A DNA stretch of 62,181 nucleotides, filler included, from Vannella sp. (Eukaryota): NCBI GenBank assembly GCA_023345925.1. It is 7 parts of 7 records of this genome, joined end to end, with 100 filler letters (N's around TTAATTAATTAA, not from the genome) between each part and the next. Parts side by side here need not be neighbours in the genome. Positions count along the whole stretch, not along the records: positions 1 to 8,481 come from JAJQQN010000694.1; positions 8,582 to 17,240 come from JAJQQN010000781.1; 5 more parts are not named here. One strand, 5' to 3'. Position 1 is the first letter of the stretch; every line of letters starts with the position of its first letter. Positions 1 to 12,398 of the stretch are shown one piece after another. The notes under the pieces were generated by a model. That model saw only the letters and a program-made list of their open reading frames with translations. It was not told the DNA's origin and ran no database searches. The position numbers and the translations under genes are program-made.

Positions 1-199
1 AAGCTGGAGGACATCTCCTGCCTCATGTGCAACACAGCTCAGTCTGAATGGATCTTCACCAACGTCCAGTTCTCCACCCTCTCCATGCGGCTCCTTTTGC
101 AACGACCCCTCTGATGCTTGACACGAAGATCAAACCAGCGCTGAACTTGACGTTTACAGTGCTTATGACACCCCTCTTGAAGTCTGTACGGCTCTATTC
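1..199 (+). repeat. Left copy of contig-terminal inverted repeat (degenerate copy of 8281..8481, reverse complement)
   Basis: First 87 nt are identical to the reverse complement of the contig end, followed by a 2-nt deletion and scattered substitutions. A second partial degenerate copy follows at ~200..240. Confidence 0.9.
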
Positions 200-224
200 A
201 CACCCTCTTGAGTTCTGTAAGTCT

Positions 225-1242
225 CTATTCACTGGTATCAGTTCTGGTGGCGCTTCCCAGCTGAACGATTTGGCGAATGTTGGATTTGCCGTCATCAAAA
301 GTGTGAATAATTTCATGTTTGAGAGGAGAAGAGTCGTTTTGAACGAGCTGGCAAAAGTCTTCCAAACCTCCTCCCACTCCAAAGTAATACACTTTGCTGG
401 CGAGGAACCTGGCCCCCGCATACAATGAGACACGAATGGAGCGCGCCAGGCCCACACTTACGCTATTCCTCCTGGTTTGAGAAGATGCTTGATCAGCCGC
501 AGGAAGGGTCCATGGTTGGCTTGGCAGTAGAGAGTGTCAGAGCTGAGGATCACATCGTAGTGCTGGAAGGGCATGACGGTGTGGAGAAGACTCCAGTCCC
601 CAGAGAAGAGCCGAACTCGATCGGGGGAGGCTTCTCCTAGATTCTCCGCGATGGTTGGGCTTGTCAGTTGCTCTAGAACTTCTTCATTATAGTCCTGGAA
701 GGCTACTTCCTTGGCTCCGCGAAGAAGGCAGTACAGAGAAGGGATAGCGTGACCACAACCGAGCTCTACAACGGCTTTCTCGGTCCAGAAGTCGGGTTGA
801 CCAGCACTGATATGGTCAAGGAACATTGTGAGGTCCTGGCCACACTCCCAGAGCTTGAATCCTCCCTCGTACTCCCCAGGAGCAAGATCAGTTTCAGCGA
901 TCTGCTCTGCAAAGGGAGTGGGGCCACTTCCATCCTGATCACTCTGCGCTACATACAGAGAAGAAGAGAAGACCATCTTCTTCATCCTCACATTCCCCAC
1001 CAGCAACTCCACCTCCCCGCTGAGGGCCAACGGACCCTCCGACCGGACCTAAAACCCTCCCTCCATCAGCACTGCCATCCCCACGCTTCCCCCACACTCC
1101 CCCCTTCACATACCAAAGGAAACGGATGTTCCACAGCACACCGCAGCTTCCCAGCGTCCGCTACAACCACATTTGTGTCCTCAAACGAAGGAGCAGCGTT
1201 CAAAGTGTCGTCCTCGCCCAAAAGGAAGTTGAACTTGAACAT
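225..1242 (-). CDS. METTL18: Histidine protein methyltransferase 1 homologue (METTL18/Hpm1), 3 exons
   Basis: MFKFNF start; YEGGFKLWEC, VELGCGH, FQDYN, YDVILSSDTLY and YYFGVGGG motifs. GT-AG introns 1049..1113 and 409..461 join the frames. The last codons overlap the degenerate repeat, so the 3' end is uncertain. Confidence 0.9.
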
Positions 1243-1305
1243 GGGAACGCCAAGAAATGGTCCAGAGGATCGCAATCACAGCCACTTTGAAAGGGAAGGC
1301 TGCGG

Positions 1306-3229
1306 ATGGGGGCGAAGCGAACGAGAAAGTCCTCGTTGCTTCGATCTGAGGTGGAGGAGCCTCCTGTAAAGCGAGTGAAGTATGAGGACGCTGTGGATCT
1401 CTTTGGGGAGATGGAGGTGCTGGCTGGGAGCTTGCGTGATCGCCCGGAGCAGCTTGTTGGTGCTCCTGCTGGTCTCCAAACGCAGCTGCTCGCTCTGCTG
1501 CAGTCTCTATATCTCTATGGTGAGGAACATCGTCATAGTTGTGTCTTGTTTTGACTGGGAGTGAAGGGAAGAAGACGGAGACGAGCAAGTTATCGCCTCT
1601 CTCCCGCCTTGTGGTGGAGGAGATGGACACAGAGCAGATCTGGGCTCAGTTGGAGCTTGTGAACAAGCCCCTTATCAAGTTTGTCAACCAAACCGCAGAA
1701 GAAGTGGGCCCCTCAGCCCCTCAGCGGCCTCAGGAATCCTCCAGCGACGATGAGGCAATGGCGTTCTCTGATCAGGATAGCGATGGCGAGCCTGATCTTC
1801 TAGAAGAGGAGATTCTCAGTGGAGAAGAAGCTAATGTAAATCAAAGCGACGAGGAGGAGGAAGAAGGCGGTGAGGACGAGGGAGAGGAAGGCGAGGGAGC
1901 GTCTGAGCAGGAGGAGAACATCGAGGAGGATCCCTTCTTCGATCTGGAAGAAATGGAAGAGTTTGTTAGAGACGGAGAGCGCCGAGCTGAGCTTGGAAGC
2001 GAAGGAGAAGACGAAGAACTGATCGATTACCTCAATCGCGATGATCTCAGCCAGGAAGAGGGAGAGGAGGACGACGAATCAGAAGAGGACGCTGGCATTG
2101 ATTGGGCAAAGATGCGTGCTGAAACTGGAGTCACCCACGACTCAGACGACGAAGTAGAGGAGACGGGACCTCGCTACGAGGACTTTTACGATGAACCAGA
2201 GAAGCTGACCCGCCACGCACTCAAGAAAGCTCAGCTCCAAGAGCGTATCGAGTCATTGGAGGAGCAGAACGTCTCTGCAAAGCCATGGCAGTTGAAAGGA
2301 GAGATCTCAGGCAAAGCACGGCCTCAAGACTCTCTGTTGGAGGAGTTTGTCATCTTTGATCATGCTACAAAGACGGCTCCTGAGCCTACTATTGAAGGAA
2401 CGAAGAGCTTGGAGGAGCTGATCAAGCAACGGTGCATGGAAGAGTCTTGGGACGACGTTGTCCCTCGCCGTACGGTCACAGAGAGCGAGAAGCGCAAGGA
2501 AGTAGCAGAGTTAGATCACGAGAAGAGTAAGCATGGATTGGCCGAGGTCTATGAACGCCAGTACCTCGGGTTGGACAGGGAAGAGGCGGAAAGGCAAGCG
2601 AAAACAGCTTATGCTGAGATCACAGCGCTGTACGACTCCATTGCACACAAACTGGATGCTCTTAGTAACTTCCACTACGTCCCTCGCCAGATCAAGACGG
2701 CTCCTGCGGAGAAGCGAGATGTGGCTGCCATTGAGATGGAAGAAGTCACTCCAAGTGCTGTTAGTGACTCTGCCATGCTCGCTCCAGAAGAGGTGTATGC
2801 TCCTAAGAAGAAGCCAGTGAAGGGATCTTCCGAGTTTACTTCAGAAGAGAAGCAGGCTCGTCGCCGAGCGACCAAGAGGGCCGCACGAAAGAAGAAGGCG
2901 GCGGAGGAAGCGGATGCCAAGGTCGTTGAGAAGCTCAATCCTGGCATGGGCAACAAGTACACAAAGCAAGCGGCATTGGACAATCTCAAGGACCTGCGGC
3001 GATCAAAGGTAAGCAACCACAGAGGAAGGAATCCAGAAAGCCCGAACTCACTATTTCGTTTCAGAATGTCCAGTTTGCTGCCAAGTCTGGCGATGCTATG
3101 AAGTACACCCAATCGGCATCGTTCTTCAGCAAGTTACAAATGGATGCTCAAGCTCAGATTGGCAAGGTTAAGGGCGACGCAAAGGAGAAAAAGCCGGAAA
3201 CTTCCGGTTCGAAGGTGCTCAAGCTGTGA
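1306..3229 (+). CDS. MPP10: U3 snoRNP protein Mpp10, 3 exons
   Basis: EQIWAQLEL, acidic tract, KPWQLKGE..ARPQDSLLEE, KLDALSNFHYVP, LAPEEVY. Introns at ~1520..1566 and 3009..3064; last exon ends ...KVLKL-TGA. Confidence 0.95.
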
Positions 3230-3297
3230 GTAGAAGGGCGAATACATTCTCTCGCATACAGTAGAGCAGAGGAATGAGTTTATAAGTGGGAAGTGAG

Positions 3298-6200
3298 TTA
3301 AACCGAATCAGAAGGGGCTGCGCCAACGCTGGCGGTGTCTCCGGGGACCTGATTCATTTCGTACTGGCCTTCTCCCTCTCGGATGAGGGCGGTGTATTGA
3401 GTGTGCAAGCGGCGGTTGTGAATAACAACAGCCACGATGGCAGCAATGAGGATAACGAGAACAGCGAGAACAACAACAATGACGGTAAGAGAGAAAGCAT
3501 ATTCTGTGCGACAGTCTTGGTGCTCGGCGCTCTTCACAGCGGGTCCAGAGCACTTTCCGACTCGGACAGCAGTGACTGTTTGGTCACCATTGAGGCACTC
3601 AGAGACTTGGCTTTCATAGTCTTCGTCGGAGCAGACAGGACAGCCGTGGGGAGTGAGCCAGCGGAGGTGCAAGTTACAATCTTTGGGGTTATCCAAGATC
3701 TCGGGGCTGCTACCCAGTGCATCAGGATCACACACAACAGTGAGACTGGTTCGGCAAGGACTCTCGTTTTCACCCACGACAGTGTATGACAGACGGACAG
3801 CTTTGTCATCCTCTTCGACTTCCACAAGGTCAACATCGAGCCGGTTGCCCAAGTCTAACCCATTACCACGAGCATCTACCTGGCACATGTACGTTTTGAT
3901 GGATTCTCCGTACTCGTTCAGGCACAAGGCGTTGGAAGACCGTTTCGCGCAGACATTCATCCAGATGCCGTTGCTTCCGCCGTTGAGAGGGAAGGGGCCA
4001 TGAGTCTGCTGTAGGGCTGAAAGGTCCCAAGTGCGATTGAGTCCAAAGTCAAAGATACAATCCGTTTCGCAGTCTGTTCGGGCGTCATTGGCAACTGTCT
4101 CTGAGCCACATCGGATGCACACAGCAGTTCCTGAATCAGGTGCATAGGAGTCCTTGCCGCAAGAGTGGCACTCGGTCGCTGCCTCATCAGGATTGGCAGT
4201 TCCGGCAACACACTCTTTGCAATAAAGAGCGTCTCCTGTGGAAGTGTATTCTCCTGCCTGGCAAGTCACATCCTCAGTTGCACCGCCAATACCCTCAATT
4301 AGGATAGTGTGCAATAGAGCAGAGCCTGAGGATTTGGCTTCTTGGTGATAGTTCCAACGGAAGGTTGTAAGCCCGGCATCGACATCCACACTGAAATGGG
4401 TGCCTGGTGTTGCTCTAAGGCTGCTGTCTGTTGGGTGATAAGGCAATCGGACTTGTTTCTCATTCACATAAAATTCCAATCCGTCGCGAGGGCTTCCAGT
4501 AATGTCATAGACAAAGCTAATAGAGCCTGGCGTGACCAACTTTAGAGTGAGATCCAAATAACTGTCCACTTCCCGGTTTAGGTTCAATCCCGAGTCCACC
4601 TGACCACCCAAAAGTCGCCAACCATCCTCGCAAGATGGCTCATGGAGGCAGAGGCAATCTCCACTACATCCGGTACTGAATTCACGAGGAAGACTGTCCC
4701 CAGCTAGCGGAGAAACCAAATAGCTTCTGCGGAGAACTGCAGCGTGTCCAGGAACAGAAGAGGTGCACTTTCCTTTGGATGCGCTCCAGTATTTGCCTTC
4801 AGCACAAGTCTTGCATTCATCCGAGCCTGAAACTCTGTAAGACCCTTCAGAACAAGGGAAACACGGCACAGAGCCATTAGAAGGAGGAGGAGGAGTGGAG
4901 CCGTTCACCCGGCAAAGAATTGGCTCCACTAACTCAAAGTGAACAGCTTGTGCACTGTTGTTGCACTCCCTGTAAACCAAGCGGTAGTCATCCATAGTAC
5001 ATGCCCTTCGTAAGGTACAAATCTCAGATCCAGGGACGCTATACTCATTATTGGAGCAAGAACTGCATCGGCGAGCTGCAGGACTACTAAAAGTGTTGAA
5101 GGGACAATCCTTGCATTCAGTGGCACCCTCCATGTCATTGCTTGTTCCAGCAGGACAAGGAATTGGATAGGGAGCTGCCCAAATAGTCCCGAGCACGGTA
5201 ATCTCTTGGATACGAACTGCACGAGCAGGAGCAGTATCGGAGGCGAGAGTACCACCTTCGAAGGCAAAGCGGATGTAACGGTATCCACTTGGCACTTCAA
5301 TGTGGCGCGTGATGTACTGATTGTGTGTCGAATAGACTTTGTCACCTTGGAGGACATCATTTACGTAAATAGAGAACCCAGCAGTGCTGTCTCCCCAGTT
5401 GGTAACGGAGAAAGTGACATTCAGGGTCCCAGCACGGACAAAGTTGTGGACAAACACTAAGCTGGTGTCGTCCTCGCCCGAGTGAATATGTTGCTGAGTT
5501 CCAGTAAACCCGTTGGAAGTGAAGCCATCTTCGAGCTCTGTCCAACTGGAAACCCGAATTCCGTTTCCAACAGAATAGAAGCCTTCTGGTGCGTCTTTGC
5601 ATCCTTCTGAGTCAATATCATAGAACTGACCAGGTCCACAGTAGACAGCATAAGCACATTGAACAGGGACAGGTGAAGGGAGCTCGACACCGCCATGGCA
5701 CGACTTTGGATTGGTATTCCACTCAAAGGTCTGAGTGGTCATGCCAAATGCATCACACTCTGAGGTATAATAGTGATAATCGTCTGCAGTACACAATGGG
5801 CAACCATACAAAGAGGCCCACTTGAACTCATAAACACATTTCTGTGTCTCAGCATGAGCCGCAAGGGGGACTGGGGACCCAACACCAGCAGAAGGGTCAC
5901 ACGGGATATCAATGAAGGTTTGGCGATCAAAATAGATGCTGCCATTGTGGCAAGGAGTTCCACCGGTAAGGTGAACAGAAACACCATCAGAAAGCTCGTT
6001 GAAGGGCTCACGAAGTGGAACGATACCAAAAGTGTTGCCAAGGTCTTGTCCAATACCAGGGCCAGTAACTTGACACGCAAAAACCTCCAAAGGCTCGTTA
6101 TGAGCTGAGAAGCAAGTGTGATTGTTATGCTGGCGAGTGCACATGTTCAGATAGTATTTGTTGTCAGATGTATCCCAAATAGGCCCGTACATCTCGTTGT

Positions 6201-8481
6201 CTGAACGTGCAAGAGGGGACAGATCGTACTCTCTGTCCTCTGTCTGCAGACCACAAGTGATCTCACAATCAGTATGGGCTGAGTTAGCAGGTGTGTTCTC
6301 TCCACAAGATATACATTCAGAAGAGGCTGGCCCCGAGGAATAAGAGTTCCCTTCACATTGCTGTTGGCGGTCAGTCTCTCCTATTTGACCAGAGGCAAAA
6401 TAGCCAGGTGATGCGGGAGTGCAATGGGAACGGTTAGCATGACTGTTGTAGTATCCAGGCTCACAATATGCGCAGTCTGTAGCACCACCAACAGCGACAT
6501 GGCGTACACTGATTCGGTCGATAATGGCGCGGTCATTCGCTGCAATCCCGGATGTCCCAGAATCATCCCCAGTGAATGTCCAGGAGAAGCTGTGAGTTCC
6601 CTGAGGCACTTCAAAGTGCAGAGTGATATCGTTGGGATTACTGTAAGAGTATAGACCAGCATAGGCTCTGTAAGAGAGTCCGAAATCTGATGTAAAGGAG
6701 AACATGCAGTTGCCCTCGCACACAAGAGAGAATGTGAAGCCAATGCTACCAGCAACTTCAAATACTTGCTCTAACCGAAGGGTGCTCACCACGTATGCGC
6801 CATGGCCAGTTCCGGAATCAATCTGATCCTCCCGCATTACCCAACCGTTGGAGGTACAGTCGTACTCGCACGAGGTAGTAAGACCATACGCAAAGGAAGT
6901 GAATTCGTCGAATGTCAGAGTCTTGATAGCCTCCTTTCCAGCTGCACAAGGTTGGCAAGGAACATCATCACCTTCAGTGAAGGTTCCTTCTGGACAGAAA
7001 GCACAAGCAACTCCATTTGCCAAGCGATACATGCCAGGCTCACAAGGAGGGCACTCCACAAGCGTGGGCTCAGGGAGTACATTTGAGGAGCAGATGTGAG
7101 GTTGAACCCAACTGGCGTAATGGCGGCGGCGAGGCTCCCCAGAGGACTCATCAAGGAAGCACTCGCTATAACGGTAGTAATATGAATCTTCTGTGCATGC
7201 TGGTTTGACAGTGCAGTTGAAAGCACCTTCGCTGGAGTATTGGCCAGTAGGGCAAGCAGTACACCGAGTGCTACCGAGACGGTTAGCGAAAGTATTTGCC
7301 TCACAAGGAGTGCAAGATGCACTGTGCGGTGCAGAGGCCGCATGACCAAGGTCACATGGAATGCAAGAGTCACTGGCGTACTTGGCATGAGTCACTTCAA
7401 GGAACTGTTTTCCGTGATGAGCATCGGCCTGGCTTCAGCAGAAGGAAGAACGATCTTACATTCATACTAGCTTGGTCAAGGCCAACAGAAAGGGAGTTAT
7501 CCTTGCGGTAGATGAACTGGATAAAGTGATATCCGGCAGGCAGTTCAAAAGAATAGAGTTGGAAGGAAGAAGAGTGAGAGATGAATGGAACAGACGTGAT
7601 CTCACGGTCAACCAAGATGCTGAGACCGTCAAAAGTCATCTCGCTGTCCACTTTGACAGAAAAGCTGACATTTCCGGCTTCCACCATCTTGGCAAGGTCA
7701 GGTTTGACATCCTAAAGCGACGAATAGACTCACAGTAACAGAGGTTTCCAAATAGGCACTCATCGAGTCATTCAGAGAAGTGGGGGAGAAGATCTGAGAG
7801 AAGCCGAGTTGCCACCCGCACTCCGTCTCGGTCCACACGCGTTCTACTCCAAACGTATCCAACCAAGTGCAATAGGTGCGGAAAGAGAAGGCCAGATGGT
7901 CCCAAGAGCTCCACTTGTCCTCTCGTAAGGCTCCTCCCAAACTGAAAGAACCGGCGGGACATTCCTGGCAATGATCGTTGGACGTCTTCTCTCCAGGAGC
8001 ACACGAGAGAGCTACATATACATCAGTTACCTCCTCTCATCAAACCACAGGGCCAAGACGTACCACAAGGGACATTGCGCTGGTTCGGAGGCTGATCGAA
8101 CCCTCCTTTGCAATCAGCCTCTGGCTTCTTCGCCCAGATCATGTTACGACGGTTTCCAACGCACTCCGTGTAGATACGGTAGAAGCTATCGGGTGTGCAC
8201 AACGGAACATCGTTCCAGCACTCTCGGTTGCGCTGGTCGACGAAAACCTTCACGGAGCTCTCTGAGTTGGAGATACCGGCGAATAGAGCCGTACAGAACT
8301 CGAGAGGAGTGTCATAAGCACTGTAAACGTCAAGTTCAGCGCTGGTTTGATCTCCGTGGCAAGCATTAAAGAGGTCGTTGCAAAAGGAGCCGCACATGGA
8401 GAGGGTGGAGAACTGGACGTTGGTGAAGATCCATTCAGACTGAGCTGTGTTGCACATGAGGCAGGAGATGTCCTCCAGCTT
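3298..8481 (-). CDS. Large type I membrane protein: folate-receptor-like domain, ELAPOR/KIAA1324-like Cys-rich and beta-sandwich repeats, two MRH-like domains, TM (5' partial, spliced)
   Basis: CTxxDY/CxPCxPG Cys-rich repeats; two MRH-like segments (YDLSPL..YYLNMC..CVYEFKWASLYGCPLC and WDLSAL..WMNVC..CNLHLRWLTPHGCPVC); TM followed by RRLHTQYTAL tail. Several small introns between ~7410 and 8070; frame runs off the contig end. Confidence 0.8.
8281..8481 (-). repeat. Right copy of contig-terminal inverted repeat (within the coding exon of the receptor gene)
   Basis: Reverse complement matches 1..199. Confidence 0.9.
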
Positions 8482-8581
8482 NNNNNNNNNNNNNNNNNNN
8501 NNNNNNNNNNNNNNNNNNNNNNNNNTTAATTAATTAANNNNNNNNNNNNNNNNNNNNNNNNNNNNNNNNNNNNNNNNNNNN
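8482..8581. other. Artificial contig spacer
   Basis: N44-TTAATTAATTAA-N44, with stop codons in all frames. Confidence 0.98.
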
Positions 8582-8969
8582 AAGAAGGCCGAGGCCTGGG
8601 GCTGTCTACAAGTCTTACTGCAGGCAACACTAGCCACCTAACACCAGAGTGTACTATTCCAAAGCCTCAAACACTGCAGATGTATACTTCGAGGACATCT
8701 CCGCACCACACAAGTTTGAAGGAGCGAGAGGGCTGAACCTCACACGACCAGGTGTTCCGTGGTTGGCCGAGGCATTGTCTCGCTGGCTCATTTCCAGCCC
8801 AGAGATTCGGTATGACAAACTGGCACTGCAAAGCCAGACGCAGAGCAGGAAGAACCGTCGTGATATGTGTCCCCTGCCGATTAAGGAGTTTCTTCCCCTG
8901 CCTCTTTTGTCAATCTGTGCGTTGTTCAAGGAAAGAACAAGGAAATTCATCTTTTGGCCCAACATTTGA
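8582..8969 (+). CDS. Possible 3' fragment of a hypothetical protein
   Basis: Open frame 8649..8969 near the contig start; no recognisable motif. Confidence 0.25.
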
Positions 8970-9034
8970 GCCAAAATTCTGAACGGTCGGCTTTTTGGAG
9001 TGGCTGATGTGGTCTATCTTCTCTCTCCCTTGTT

Positions 9035-12000
9035 ATGGCAACGGCTCTGCGGTTCTGCTGCTTGTTCGCCCTGTTTCTCATGGTGGTCACGATGGAGGCT
9101 CCCCGAGATCAGAGTGCGACTTCCCCAAGACACCTCTTTACCAGAGATAATCCTGTGTTGAGAATCTCCGTTATCTGGCACGTTCTTACCAATGATACGG
9201 CGAGCTACGTCTCCAGAGACGTCATCCTCCAGAACATGATCTACCTTAACGATTGGTTCTCTGCCAAGAACAGACGCTACACTGACACGGACGCCTTCTC
9301 TGCCGTTGTGGCCCGAGGGGATGACCTCAAGATCCGTTTTGAACTCGCTTCGTTTGACCCTTCTGGCAATGCTACCGACGGTGTTCGATACGTGAACACT
9401 CCCAAAGCTCAGAACTGCTCCAAGAAATCAAATGACTTTTCAATATTCACCTCTGCACTTGGAGGTGACGACATTTGGGACTCTGGACGTTACCTCAACA
9501 TTTACACCTGCAGACTGATTGGAAGTAAACTCGGTGGTGGCATCTCGTCTTCTCCATCGAAAAAGCCTACCAGAAGTGACGCTTTCTTGATTGACTACAA
9601 CGATGTCGGAGCCTTCGAACAAGACCCTGGAGGATTAATCACGCACGAGCTAGGACACTGGATAGGCGGTATGAAGCATACTTTTGGTAACCAGTCTTGC
9701 TTTGATGATGACGGATTCTCTGACACTCCTACCACGGACTTAGCCGCTGTTGATTGGGTTCCTGCGACAGATCAATGTAACCGATTTGATAACGCTACAG
9801 CTTTTGTTCGCTGCAACAACACCGTAATGGTTCGTAATGTGATGGAATACAACAACCTATGCTGGAGCTACTTTACTAAGCAACAAGCAGCTCACATGCG
9901 CGCGAATTTGGTGAATCCTAACCTTGCCAGGTACACTCTCAATAACAGCACTGGATTGTCTCCATTTTGTCCGTCTGACGACTGTTGGCTGAAGCATTGT
10001 GGTCTCAATAGTTGCGGGCAACCCTGCGGCTTCTGTCCATCACAGTCAGTGTGCGGAAGTGATGGACTCTGCCGTTCTACGATCCCCACCAATGTCAGGT
10101 GCAATTCTGCTGAAGGACTTGCCCAAAGTACAACAGGCTACTCTATCTCCAAGAACAATACTGGCATTACTGTTAGATCGCAATCGTGTGGTAAGTCCAA
10201 GCCAGAAGAATCTAGAACACTCTCTAACCCCGGTCTCTTACAGACTTCAGTACACCGAATGTGACAGTGATCGAGACTGGGGCTCTTTGGTACTACTTCA
10301 AAGCCAGCGCTAATGGCACGGCAAATGTTACGACCGCCGGTAGTTCGGTAGATACTGTGCTAAGCCGGTACAGCGCCAAGGACAACTGCACCTCTTTAAC
10401 GTGTCCCAGTGCCAAAACGACGTCTGGTTTCAATGACGATGTGTCTGCTACTGACAAAACTTCTTCAATTGAATTCCCTGTCACCAAAGGAACCTCCTAC
10501 TATATCTCAGCGAGCGGCAAGTCAAAGACATTTGGTATCATCAGAGTCAACATTCGCATGATAGGCGCGGCCTTTGACACCTGCACCCCAGAATGCGGTA
10601 ACCGAAGGTGTGGTGACAACGGATGTAATGGGACCTGCGGTGCATGTGATGTTGGAGAGGAGTGCAGCATGTCTCGATGCGTCCCTGCCTCTAGCTCTCC
10701 TTCCCCTACTCCGACGATGAGCAGCACTGAATCCTCCACCCCAACAGCTTCTGGTACTTCCTCCATGTCTCCTTCCCCTAGCCAGACGATGAGTAGCTCT
10801 GTATCTTCCACGTCTTCGTCTTCCAGATCTCCCTCGATGTCTTCTAGAGAGATATCGAGCCAGTCTTTGTCAACGTCCACCCCAATAGCTTCTAGTACTA
10901 CCTCGATGTCTCCTTCCCCTAGTCAGACGATGAGCAGCTCTGTATCTTCCACGTCTCACTCGATCTCTTCTGGAGAGACATCGAGTCAGTCTTTGTCAAC
11001 GTCCACCTCTGTCAGTCTGAGTACAAGTGGAACCGAGTTGCCATCGACGAGCAAAAACGCAGTTCCTACGAAGTTACAGTCTCCAGCTCCTTCAAAGAAC
11101 CAACAGGTATCGAAGGAACCCTCTGCACTCAAGAGTTTAGGTTATTCCGAAACACCAACACCCTCTGAAAGTGTTTCTGTCTCTCCCAGTGCATTCACTG
11201 GAGGAACTGTCAATGTGGTACAAAGTTTAATGCCAGCTCTCCCATCCCAGACTATAATTCAGTCCAATAGCACAGCTCCCATGAGCGTGAGATTGTCTCC
11301 GACTTTGACTGGCTCGACTGATGGCCGAACCAATCTCCCATCAAGAGGAGCTTCCACCCCAAGCTCCTCTTCTGGTGATGAAACTACCAATCTTCCATCA
11401 AGAGAAGCCTCCAGAGCCTCAATTCCCAGCTCTTCCTCAAGTGACAGATCACTTCCTTCTGTGAAACAGACTTCAGAAGCCTCCTTGCCTTCGGCGCCTC
11501 TATCAGACTGGATTTATGAAACAGAGTTTGTCATGGCCATCATCCGTCGTAGTGCGTTCCCAACAGGCGGTCTAGTATCCATGAATGTCCTAGTTGATTT
11601 TGTACAGGAATTTGGCCTTCAGATGCCCTTGCAATCCGTTGTGCTTGAAGCTATCGTGCTCGACGAGAACAGCTTCCCCACCAAAGCCGCTGGATTGGCC
11701 TGCTTTGCCCTCAGTCAGCCACAGCAGGATTTGGAGAAGTACTGCATTGTTTCAATCACAGAGGATGGTTCAATGCAATGCATTGGCGGATTGTTAGCTC
11801 CCAGTCCAGTTGAGACGGACATGGCATGTGGAGAACTCCAATTCTTATCTGGAAAGTTTTCAGCGGCCCTTCTTGCACAGGTAGGGCAGGCACAAACAAA
11901 GAGCTCCACCAGGACTCCAATTCTTTCTTCATCTCCTATTGCAGGTCCGATTGGATCTTCTAATCCTTTTCCCTCTCCCACCCTTAACCCCGCTCCTGTC

Positions 12001-12159
12001 CCAGTCCCTAATCCAGTGCCTATCCCAGTTCCAGTTCCAGTTCCAGTCCCTGTTCCAAGTCCTGTTCTTGCACCAACTTCCCAAATCCTGGAAGAAGCAC
12101 ATTCCTCGGGAACCTTCCTCCTTGCCAACCTCCTGATGGCTTTTGGATTAGCCATTTAG
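9035..12159 (+). CDS. Secreted M43 (pappalysin/ulilysin-like) zinc metalloprotease with Cys-rich modules, beta-sandwich, Ser/Thr stalk, GAIN-like module and GPI-like tail
   Basis: Signal peptide; WDSGRYLNIY, HELGHWIGGMKHTF, DDGFSDTP and Met-turn NVMEY. Intron 10191..10243 joins ORF 9035 to ORF 10261 in frame. Ends with (VP)n and a hydrophobic C-terminus. Confidence 0.85.
10762..11007 (+). repeat. Internal tandem duplication (two ~105-140 nt units) in the Ser/Thr stalk
   Basis: SMSPSPSQTMSSSVSSTS and E(I/T)SSQSLSTST each occur twice with near-identical DNA. Confidence 0.8.
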
Positions 12160-12398
12160 AACTCTTGTGGGAGGTCTTTGTTGTCACTTACTTTACTAAA
12201 CTCCTTCGTCTCAAGCATCAGAAGAATTTACGAGCAAAGGAGTTTGCCATGATGACCTCCGCGACTGGGCAGGATATCACTAACATCAAGCACCATCAGA
12301 GTTTGGAGTGAGTGACTATTACCACGAAATGATGAAATCAATCACCAATCTGAGGATGGAAGATTCAGTTCAGGGTTTATGAACGTTGCCAAAGGCAG

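Noticed and set aside
8482..8581. Recurrent TTAATTAATTAA palindrome within N runs (six copies)
   Set aside because: Identical 100-nt synthetic contig linker, not biological; gene order across it is uninformative.
11990..12066. (CCAGTT)n repeat
   Set aside because: Encodes the (VP)n linker of the protease; ordinary low-complexity coding sequence.
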